The notes beneath the pieces were generated by a model. That model was given only the letters and a program-made list of their open reading frames with translations, did not search any database and had not been told where the DNA came from. Positions 12,771-22,930 of a stretch of 64,000 nucleotides of DNA are shown in pieces (within the stretch, counting starts at the first letter, position 1; every line of letters begins with the position of its first letter). Source of the DNA: Octopus bimaculoides. Its lineage: Eukaryota. The DNA is taken from NCBI RefSeq assembly GCF_001194135.2, contig NC_068984.1, positions 146,450,097 through 146,514,096 of the forward strand, in the 5' to 3' direction. A program made the translations under genes and the position numbers.

Positions 12771-14068
12771 TTCCTAACCAAATAATAGCTTGTCATCTGA
12801 TTCAGCAGACTTGTAGAATTATGTACATCGACACGACTAAATACAAGTGGAAAATTTTCTCTTTTGGCTTTGTATGCAGTCACTTAGCAAATTTCCTTTC
12901 CGCTCCACCTCTTTTAAAACATTTGTTTCTTATCCGTTAGCATCTCTTTTGTATTGTCATCACCCTAGCAGTTGTGTATGCTGCCACAACTAAGTCCAGT
13001 CAAGTTTGATCAAACTGAAAAGAAACCAAATAGATCAGAAAACATTATATAGCCTTAGTGTATGATATAGAAGTGGTCATTTTCTAACCACATTGTACTC
13101 TGGGCCCTGCTGACGTGTGCCATTGTCTTCCCATATAAAAATGATAGCCACAACAGTTCTGAGGACTCTCCATTTTGTGGGTTTACCTGGCATGTTGTAG
13201 GAAGTGTAATCTGAATTAAGGAGGGTATATTTTGGCCGATATGGTGAGAAAAGAGCTGAATTAGTATAGCACACACTAAAGTGGTTGGTGTTGGGAAGAG
13301 TATCCAGCTGGAGAAACCATGCCAAAGCTGACCATGAAGCACAATGGCCCTGTGGCTCACCAGACCCTGTTAAACCATCCAACAGGGAGAATGGATGTTA
13401 AATGACGATGGCTTTTTCTCATGTATTTCCAGTTACTTAGTCACAGTTTCAAAAAGTGTTCTCTGCTCATTTATACAGGTTCATTTCTACCTTAGTCCTG
13501 TGTAATTCTGGGCTGCTTACTTAATAATGGTTTTAGTCAAAAATGCTGAATTTCCTTTCTCTGATTTTTGAGATCAGAAATTCTTGTGCATATTTTTTTG
13601 TCTGTGACGATTTCTGAAGTTATGTTGTGGAACCAAAGCAATTACTGGAAGACTGCTTGGATCCGGTCTCTAAAGAAATACTTAAAATGAATTTTTACTC
13701 CATTGTCTTTCTGATATACAAAGTTGTTAACACTTTCGTTTTCCTTATTGTAGTTGCTGTTGTCAGTCATATATATTGTATATTAACACCAAGGTTATAC
13801 ATGTTACATTTGTTTCCACTGCTTTAAAAGAAAAAATCCTTCCAATTCAAAGGCGTGACTGGGGCTTCCTATTGTTAAACCAGCATATTTCCTGGTGTAT
13901 TATTCATCCACTGTTATTGTTTTTTTCTTTCAACCAAATGTTCTGTCTGATAGTGCTCCAAGCTTTTTTCCTCTCTTGTCAGGCTTTCTTTTGTTATATC
14001 TTGTGTGTGTGTGTTGTGAAAGTATACATAACTCCCTAATATAATATTGATATTTCCAGTAAATCAAA

Positions 14069-14200
14069 GCAATGTAACACTGAGTATATATAAATGTTAA
14101 ACCATTTATACTCTGACTTGCCATTGCTAAATCAACTCCATATTCAGCAACACTGCTCCAACTTCATGTTGGCTTCAGTTACTTCAATTATGGAACATTT
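14069..14200 (+). ncRNA. Box H/ACA snoRNA, copy A (predicted guide for 18S psi609 and psi1174, human numbering)
   Basis: Hairpin 1 GCAATG/CATTGC with upper stem GAGTA/TACTC; H box AAATCA 14129-14134; hairpin 2 CCATA/TATGG, ACTG/CAGT, CCAAC/GTTGG; ACA 14195-14197 plus 3 nt; 132 nt; pockets 14 and 15 nt from the boxes. Confidence 0.85.
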
Positions 14201-15732
14201 ACCCTGACGACTTTGTCACCATTAACCAACCCTGTCTATTTCTATTATAATAGTGCTATCATAATTGGATAGGATTATTCTAAAATAGTCGTGAATTTAG
14301 ATTGATTTTCATAAAATAACTCGATCAACATATGTGATCTTTTGGAACATAATTTAACAAAAGGTTTTCAATCAAACTTATGTCATAATTTTTGCTTCAA
14401 AGTGAATCTAATTACAGGTAAATATAGGTAGATTCAGCAAAATTGTGCAAATTACTAGGTTATCTATCAGTTGAACTTAATGCACATAAGACAGGTTTGC
14501 CATAAGGGCAACAAGAAAATACTGGAATTTGTCTTAGAAGAAAACTAGGAATTGAAGAATATGCCAACAGCTAAATGAAATAAACTCACATGCATACATA
14601 AATATACAGAAACAAGGATTTCACAATATAAATTAATCAAAATTTCTCACAACTTTTACTGGCAAATAAAAAAAAGTAAATTTGAAAAAAAAAAAAACCA
14701 AATAAAAGTTAAAAACCTCATTAAGGGATAATAAAATCCAATGAATAAACTGGTTAATTACTGATTACAAGAAGTATTGAATAATTACAATTAATATTCA
14801 ACAGCAAGGTGACTGGATAAACCAGGGTTTATTATATATTTTTAAGAAAATAGAGATAATTAAATTAATAATTATCTCTGACAGCTGTTTTGATTAAAGA
14901 CTTTTAGAAATTGATATAATTAAAAACATTTTAAGGCTGAACCTCATTGGAGTGGCTAACGATATATCATTAGATTCTCATGTCCCAGTGTGTTGAGTGT
15001 ACGGCTCCAAACTGCTATTTTATATATATATATATATTTACTGTGATGATGGTATAGCTTCAAAGGGAAAGTGAAGAAAATGATGAAACCATTTTGTTTC
15101 CTTGGAAAGACTGCGGCTAGGTCTAATGTCTTTCTAAAAATAACTTTTTAAATTCTTACAGGATTCAGTACAAATTCACATTTTATTTTTTTTATCACTA
15201 TCGGAATTATTGTCCGAATAGCTTCACTTTTGGCAATAGAAATGTCTGATTCATAGTCGTGCACCTGATTTTTATGCTTGCTGTATATTTACTTTGTGGT
15301 TCTTGTGGTTTTCAACATCTTTCTATACCCATTGATCCTTTTGTTTCATATTTCACATCCTCTTAGCCATTCTGTGTTTAAAATATTATAAATTTATTAT
15401 CAAATATTCTTAGGAATTGTATGAAAATATTTATTAAAGTATTGTGTGTACTGGAGAAGAACTGTAACCAGTTTATTTCTCTTTCACAACAAAATCTTAT
15501 GTGGATCCCAATTGAAAATCACTGAAAATTGAGCTTAAACAAAAAAAAAAAAGTGTATTTATTGAACTGTGTACACTTGTATACGTAGAAGGTAACTATT
15601 AGTTCTTCAAAATGGACGAGTGAAGACAATGTAGACTATTAAATCCAAATATAAAATTGTGATAAATTATTTTTGAATTTTGAAATATTTGTTTTGTGAG
15701 AGCAGCAATCCAGTGTTTGCTGCTGTTAAAAT

Positions 15733-15861
15733 GCAATGTTAGACGGAGTATTGGACTGTCTGTGACTTCTACTTTGACACAACATTGCTATAATAAATTC
15801 CTTAATAGCAACCTGCCCCAACTCAATGTTGGCTTCAGTTACTCAATTTAAAGGGACATTG
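15733..15861 (+). ncRNA. Box H/ACA snoRNA, copy C (diverged paralogue; same 3' pocket, different 5' pocket)
   Basis: GCAATGTT/AACATTGC stem; H box ATAATA 15790-15795; 3' pocket GCAAC + TACTC; ACA 15856-15858. Confidence 0.78.
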
Positions 15862-16743
15862 CCCTATAAAAGGATTTTCTTTTATATCTTGTTTGTTACT
15901 TTGAGATTGTCTGGCATCTCATCACCACACCATGTGTCTTCTTTCCAGCTACCCCCCCCCCTCTCCTATACAATGTGGGATGGCCAGGTATCTCCTCTAG
16001 AGCAAAGCCCCTGGGTTTGTCCCTCTATCATGCTTTGAAGACCACCATTTAGTCAAGGGGACTTTTTTTGTTTCTTTGTCTTGCAAATTATTTGGCAACC
16101 TCACTGGTTCCAGTAGCACAGAGAAGGAAAAAAAAATGAAGCACTCAGTAAAGTGTTTGGCATTAGAAAGAGCATCCAGCCTTAGAAAGCATGCCAAAGG
16201 TGGCATTGGAAGTCGACACTGCCCCGTAGCTTGTTGGCTTCAGTTGAGTATGGAAAACAAGTGTTAAGTGATGATGATTTCAATTGTATGAATTAGTAGT
16301 AAATACAAGTGAATGCTGTAAAGCCTTGAAAAATTAAAACAGAGATTGAACTGGGTTGGATTGTGAAAGCTAGTCCTTCCTTGATAGAAGTGAAATAGAA
16401 TCTAAAGGAAAGACATGAACAGGAAGACTGATAGAAAGGAAGGATTGGGTATAGGGGTTAATGTGGGGTTGGGGATTTGGATATAACGAGTGATGAGAGG
16501 AAGAGAGACAGAAGGGATGGAGGTAGCATGAGCTGTGAGGAGCAGGGGCCATTATAGTAGAAGAGGTGGGAGGAGACAGTGTCGTCTATTGAAGCATGCT
16601 TATGGGTGGTCATATTCTTGGGCTCTTTTCTGTATCTGGTCTAGGATTTCTCTGTCCAGTAGTGTTCACATAAATTGATAAAACTCAAATACAAATATTG
16701 TTAGTATTTCAAAAACCTCATTTGATATTTCCAGTAGATCAAA

Positions 16744-16875
16744 GCAATGTAACACTGAGTATATATAAATGTTAAACCGTTTATACTCTGACTTGCCATT
16801 GCTAAATCAACTCCATATTCAGCAACACTGCTCCAACTTCATGTTGGCTTCAGTTACTTCAATTATGGGACAATT
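16744..16875 (+). ncRNA. Box H/ACA snoRNA, copy B (near-identical to copy A)
   Basis: Differs from copy A at two positions before the ACA box (one turns an A-U into a G-U pair); ACA 16870-16872. Confidence 0.85.
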
Positions 16876-17773
16876 TTCTGAAAAATTTTGACCAATTGGT
16901 TGCTGTTGTTTGTCAGGTGTTTTGGTCAGCCAGGCTAATAACATTTGGCTGCTGTCTGACCTCGTCAATCTACTTCTATACTTAATTGTTAGCTGACATC
17001 GAAATTTACTTTCCTTCTTTCTATGCTTTTAATGTTTTTTATTGCAACTTTTTCTATACTTCTTCTGTAGAGGAAGTTAGATCTAGTCTTTAAGAGAAAA
17101 AAATCTAGTTGAAAGCGGTTTTAATTTGAGATTTCATGATTGGTCTGCTGTATTCCACCTACACAGTAATACCTCGTCTATCATGGGCGTTAGGTTTCAA
17201 AGCCTCCCGTGATAGGTGAAAATCCACGAAGTAGAAGCAGTACCGTATATTTTGTTTTATTATCTTTATCATTTGTATATATTTATTTTATTATAAATGC
17301 AAAACAACACTGCAGAGGAATGGATGGAAGCTTAAATTGTAAACTGCAATGGGTGAACGGTGATATGGCGAGGGGATTACTGTAAATCCAACAATATTCT
17401 CTCTGCAGAACTTGACAGGAATAAGCAGTGTGGTTAAGGAATCTAGGCTTGCTAAATGCCATGGTTCTGTATTAGCAGCACAGCAGCAACCGTAGCGCAT
17501 TAAACTCATCCAGTTACTATTGGTTACACTACTCTAAATTTTATACTGGTTGATATTTTCACTGAGGATATTGCAAGATTTTGCAGTTGCTGAGGGTATG
17601 GATAATGTGCTAGACAAGTCACCACAAAGTCACTTGTTGATATAATTTGGAGGAAATAGGTCCCCATAATTAAATGGTAGTTCTTTTTTTCCCTATCACC
17701 CAGTGTTTACCATGCTGCATACTTTACAAATTATCTTTCTACTAAACTAATTCTGATTGTCTGAATATTTCAG

Positions 17774-17868
17774 GTTACAATGTGAGTCTCCGCCGACGAA
17801 AGAAGAACAAGATAGGAGTCAAACATAAAGTCACAAAAGAGGAAGCTTTGAAGTGGTTCCAACAAAAG
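17774..17868 (+). CDS. RPL11: RPL11 exon 5
   Basis: GYNVSLRRRKKNKIGVKHKVTKEEALKWFQQK; TTCAG| acceptor and AAG|GTGAAT donor. Confidence 0.96.
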
Positions 17869-18421
17869 GTGAATTATTGGTTTCTGTTGGTTTCAGTAAG
17901 AAACTGAGGAATAATCTTTTTGTTTTTGAATTGTAGGAAAGACCTTCTAATTTAATACAAGTCTCCAACTGTGGGGAAAAAAACCTTTTAAGCAAATGTT
18001 CCGATTGCTGAAACCTGCTTGGGAAACAAAACTGTTGAAAGTTTTTATTAAAGATAAAAAGATTGGATGAATTTTTACTGTTTCCGAATTTAAATAAGAT
18101 TGGCAAAAATTAATTGCCACTGGGAAAATGAGAGGGAGAAAGATTTTAAACAATTTCTAATATTTCAGAAAGTGTGTGAGCATGGGTAATCAGCATTTAA
18201 TAAGATATTTCATTTATATAGTTTTGGGTAATTTTGTAGTTGGTCTGCTTGATTGCTAATGAATTCTAACCATAGTAAAAGATTATAATGTTTGGTAGTT
18301 AATTAAATATGCTTAACATCATAAACTCATTGTTGCTAATTAATATTCCCTCTTAAATGTTCTATTCAGAGTATTTTAAATATGGCTTTAAATTCAATAT
18401 AATTTTCTTTCTTTCTTCCAG

Positions 18422-18451
18422 TTTGATGGTATCCTCCTCCCTGGCAAATAA
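18422..18451 (+). CDS. RPL11: RPL11 exon 6 (last; 180 aa total)
   Basis: FDGILLPGK-TAA after a long pyrimidine tract; the six exons sum to 543 nt. Confidence 0.95.
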   Translation, partial: FDGILLPGK

Positions 18452-18459
18452 TTACATGA

Positions 18460-18474
18460 AATAAACAAAATAAA
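18460..18474 (+). terminator. RPL11 polyadenylation signals
   Basis: AATAAA at 18460-18465 and 18469-18474, followed by a T-rich downstream tract. Confidence 0.75.
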
Positions 18475-18589
18475 TATTCAAATTATTTGTTTTAGTTATT
18501 TTTTTCTTGTTTTTATTTTTAATTTTCTGTTTTGAACAAGGTCTGAGAAAGTGATTCTATGGTCCACCTCCTGCCAGCCTGGAACTTTG

Positions 18590-19480
18590 ACCCTTCATTT
18601 GTTCAAGCCGGCCGTAATCGACCAAAATGAATTCGCCTTTATTTGTTCCAAGCCGGTCGTGTCCGAAAGCTCTACGAAATCGCTAAAAAAAAAATAAACA
18701 AATCACGTTATTGTATTCGCATGGCTTGGGACATGATGCAGTGTGGTCTCTTAGGGAACCATTTCACCATCAGCACTGACACCTCTATTTTGACTTTTTT
18801 CTTCAGTGGTTTTGGCAGAAAATCTTGCCTGTGTAAGTACTTGAATGTGCAGTACTGTTATGGGAAACCGTAAAGGTTTACCCCATGAAATGAAAACAAA
18901 ATTAAAAAATAGAGGGGACATTTTACAAATGCAAAAAGAAAATATATAGATTACTGCTTTTAAAGACAGATTTTATTTGTGTTTTCTAATGAACAACCTG
19001 GTGTTGGTGCTGAGGGGAAACCCCTCGTGAATATTTCTTATAACAAATATATGGGTGGGGTTGATAAATCCGACCAATATCGGGCATATTACCCAGTTGG
19101 TCAACCTGGGAAGAAATGGTGGAGGTACATTTTTGTGGTTTTTAGTTAGTTTAACTATAGTTAATTCATATATTGTATATGTAAAAAGCCACCAAAGGAC
19201 TACGACCATTTGAAATTCCGGGTTGACATCGCATCTTAGTTACGTGAGGGATTTTCTTCTAGAAAGCACAGAACTGGGAGAAAAGCAAAATTAACTGAGG
19301 TGGATGTCAACAGAAAATATTGACTTCCATAAAGTGGAAAAAATAAATGGATGAAAAAGAAGTTTGCAGAATTCGCTGCAAAAGGGTATCAGATTGAGAC
19401 TTCATATATGTGTTCCTTTTGCAAAGGGTGCTTTGGGCAGTCTCATGATAGAAATATGTCACTATATTATTTTGTAAGTA
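18590..19480 (+). pseudogene. Degraded piggyBac (PGBD-type) transposase
   Basis: Frameshifted motifs GLGHDAVWSLREPF / HLYFDFFFS, TVMGNRKGLP, YNKYMGGVDKSDQYRAYYPVGQPGKKWWRYIF, then a Cys-rich tail remnant. Confidence 0.8.
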
Positions 19481-19810
19481 TCATCATCATCGTTTAACGT
19501 CCGCTTTCCATGCTAGCATGGGTTGGACGATTTGACTGAGGACTGGTGAAACCGGATGGCAACACCAGCCTCCAGTCTGATTTGGCAGAGTTTCTACAGC
19601 TGGATGCCCTTCCTAACGCCAACCACTCAGAGAGTGTAGTGGGTGCTTTTACGTGTCACCCGCACGAAGGCCAGCCAGGCGGTACTGGCAATGGCCACGC
19701 TCGAAATGGTGTATTTTATGTGACACCCGCACAGGAGCCAGTCCAGGGGCACTGGCAACGATCTCGCTCGAAAATCCTACGGAGGCCAGTCAGGCGGTAC
19801 TGGCAACGGC
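19478..19810 (-). mobile_element. SINE-like repeat with (GAT)n tail
   Basis: CATCATCATCGTTTAACGTCCGCTTTCCATGCTAGCATGGGTTGGACG...; copies at 4108-4441 and 8565-8800, and in the opposite orientation at 12580-12770. Confidence 0.8.
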
Positions 19811-20963
19811 ATTAATTTTCAGTATGTTACACACCTGTATTCGCCTTTGTCTCACCTGTTAATGAGATTTTTTTAATTAGATGCATTCTGTTACGTAAAT
19901 GAATTCGTTAAATTGTATAAAAGTGCATAGCCAATGGTATATTGACTAGTAAAAGTTTTGTACTTTATTTTCAATGATGACATTTGAATGAAATATCGAA
20001 AAAGAGTAAAATCTACTGATTACACCTGTATTTAAATTAATGTACTTCATCTTGAAAACTGTAAAATTGTGGGCGGTTAACATCTGGGATAATTTTAGCA
20101 GCAAACCAAACAGCTAAGATGTATTAAGAATATGAATTTGAGTGTTTATTCATAATGTTATTGTTTTTACACATGTTAATTAAGTTTACCTGCCCATAAA
20201 AGTCAAATTTAGTCAGGAAGATCAGCTAAAATTACGTAATTATAAACCACTGGCATATAAGCACCCATTTACAGTTTCAAATCTGTATGTAGAAAATTAA
20301 CAAAGGATGTGGATATATATATATATATATTTATAATTCATAGCTCTTTAAAGCTATTATAACTGCGTTCCACCCATGCCACTACTGGTGATATCAATTT
20401 TTGAATTTATCTACAGATGATAGGAACAGTAGTGACATCTAACTTCAAATCTCAGTGTTTGAATATTTCATTTATATATTTTTCGCACCATGTGCTCTGA
20501 TTTTGGCGCAAAACAAAACCAGTTACACGGTCAGAGACTAACGTGAACAGTCACGGATTTAAACTGGTGGTCCACACTGACGAGGCTCAAGGTTAAATAC
20601 ACAAAAGCCGAAACCTGGTTTGTGGATATCCCTAATTGCATAATATTTTTATTTGTGCTGTTAAATGTTTTAATCCTTTCTGTTTTCCTCGCATATTGTT
20701 TTTCTCTGTTATATTGGTGCGCTACGGTGGATTATTTAAGACTTAGCTCTTATTTCTAGCAGGTAGATGCTCATTAAGCATCATTACGCTTCGTGCAAAT
20801 TTATAATTCATAGCTCTTTAAAGCTATTATAACTGCGTTCCACCCATGCCACTACTGGTGATATCATCAATTTTTGAATTTATCCACAGATGATATGAAC
20901 AGTAGTGACATCTAACTTTAAATCTCAGTGCTTGAATATTTCATTTATATATATATATATATA

Positions 20964-21068
20964 CGAAGGGTGTATGAAAAGTCTTGAGCCTCAAAAAACA
21001 AAACATGGCACAAGACTTCTGAGGAAGGTACAAGACTCCAAGGCTCAAAACTTTTCATACACCCCTCG
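20964..21068. mobile_element. Mariner-derived MITE (~105 bp)
   Basis: Terminal inverted repeats CGAAGGGTGTATGAAAAGTCTTGAGCCT / AGGCTCAAAACTTTTCATACACCCCTCG, inserted in a (TA)n tract. Confidence 0.75.
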
Positions 21069-21477
21069 TGTGTGTGTATATATATATATATATATAAAGC
21101 GTTCCCGAAGGTGCTGCGCAATGGGACTGAACTAGAAACGCCTTGGTTGCGACCCGAACTTAACCACGTTGCCTTGTCTGACAATTATTTTCCTTTCCAC
21201 TTTCACCATTTTAAAAGTGTCTCATCCAGATCGCTTCTTACGGTTCGTCTCTTCGACCTACCTTATTAGGAACACACGTTACATCATGTCTATTCTAATA
21301 ATAGTCATGATGCAACAGCCTCACAATAAAACCTGAAAGCAACCGGCTTTTCTTTTCTTTTTTCTTTTTTAAGTTATATAATGGAAAGTTGCCTCCAACC
21401 AGACGCTCGTCTGTTTATTGTGAAATGGTGTTATACCAGTTTGATAAGCAATAGTTTTGTTTACAACAGACATCCAG

Positions 21478-21692
21478 GGTACTACTAAAGCAACACGGTC
21501 CCGAACGCGCAGTCGCGCGTCCGCGCCAGCCAGTCGTGAGTGGTCGATCCCAACCCTAACCCTAACCCTAAACACATTCATTTTCACACGCGGGATAGGG
21601 TTAGGGTAAGGGACAGGGTCAGGGCTAGGATCAACTACTCACGACTAGCTAGCGCGACCGCGCGCTCGGGACCGTGCTGCTTTAGTAGTACC
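21478..21692. mobile_element. Mutator (MULE)-like foldback MITE with internal telomeric repeats
   Basis: Long TIRs starting GGTACTACTAAAGCA (26/27 identical over the outer 27 nt); 9-bp TSD GACATCCAG at 21469-21477 and 21693-21701. Confidence 0.85.
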
Positions 21693-21993
21693 GACATCCA
21701 GTGACTGGGAATAACATCATTACTTGTTGAATGCCAGACATCTTCATACGTGTCTTCCTGCGTCAAATGAGTTTGAAAATAAAACCAACTCGACCCAAAG
21801 GAGAAAGGTGTCTTCTGCGTGGTCACTCGATATCCTGGAAATAACAGCCGCATCACCCTTACTATCTTTACACACACACACACACACACACATCTATGTA
21901 TGCTGATGAAGATTCATACATTCATACATATACACACGTATGTGTGTGTATATATATATATATATAAAGGGCATATATATATATATATATATA

Positions 21994-22930
21994 TTGGGTC
22001 ATCCCATAAGTAATGCGGTTTATTAATACTTCTTTTATTTTTGAAAATTAAGATATAGAAAGTTCTTTTTTAATCCAAAATGTACTCTCTTTCATTTTCT
22101 ACAACACTCTACTATTTCTCTGGTAGACTTGCAAGGCCCCTCTTCCAAAACTCACTTGTCCGTGACGAAAGATACTCCTCTAGTTCTGTTCTGACCTTGT
22201 CTACAGCATTTATATTTTTTCCGTCGAAATGTTTTTGAAGACTGCGGTATTAATGATAATCAGATGGGGCAATGTCTGGCAAATATGGTGGATGGGGTAT
22301 CGTTTCCCATTCAAACTGCTCCAGCCCTTGGAATGCCATCCTCGCTGTATGTGGCCGAGCATTATCCTCATGGAAGAACACTTTGAAACCAAAGATGGTC
22401 GTTTTTCTTCTAGCGCTGACCTAAATCACTCAAGCTGCTCGCAGTAGATCTTTGTTATCGTTTGGTTTGGGTTTAAAAGTTCAAAGTAGACTAAACCTTT
22501 TTCATATCCCACCAAACAGATAACAACACCATACGTGGGTGAAGACCTTCTTTAGCCTGGGGTGCTGGTATTTCTCCTTTCCCTACCCACTGTCTTCGGC
22601 GTTTGACATTTTTATAGAGAACCTATTTCTCGTTACCAGTCACTATTTGGTCCACAAAAAGTTCATTCGCGAGACGTGACAGCAAAGAAGAGCACACATT
22701 CACTCTCTGCGCGCGATTAGACTCGGAATGTTGACCCAATTTGCTGACTTTTCCAATGGCATGCAGGTGTCAATGAATGGTTGAATGACCAAATCCATGC
22801 TTCTCTGCTTTTCAGCAAATACGCCAGACCGTCTGGCGTATTTGGTGAAATTTTTTTCTTCAGAACATACTCTTCGTGGTTAGGTGATTTGGCATCTGTT
22901 TCTAGCATATAGGAGTCCACTTTATGTATA
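21994..22930 (-). pseudogene. Mariner transposase remnant
   Basis: IVTGNEK*VLYKNVKRRRQW, LHPRMVLLSVWWDMK, HEDNARPHTA, HPPYLPDIAPSDYH; contains stops and frameshifts; TIR-like TTGGGTCATCCCATAAG next to (TA)n. Confidence 0.88.

Noticed and set aside
15040-15130. U14-like resemblance (ACTGTGATGATGGT ... TTCCTTGGA) in RPL11 intron 4
   Set aside because: It lacks U14 domain A (TTCGCAG) and has no CTGA D box after the antisense stretch; probably chance or a decayed fragment
17400-17530. Possible H/ACA (GCAGAAC/GTTCTGT stem, ACAGCA, GGTT-ACA)
   Set aside because: Pocket geometry is wrong, the H box is too far from hairpin 1, and no target was found
22717-22920. 67-aa ORF with a perfect 14-bp palindrome at 22816-22844
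   Set aside because: It belongs to the decayed mariner N-terminus (KHGFGHSTIH*HLHAIGK in another frame), not a host exon
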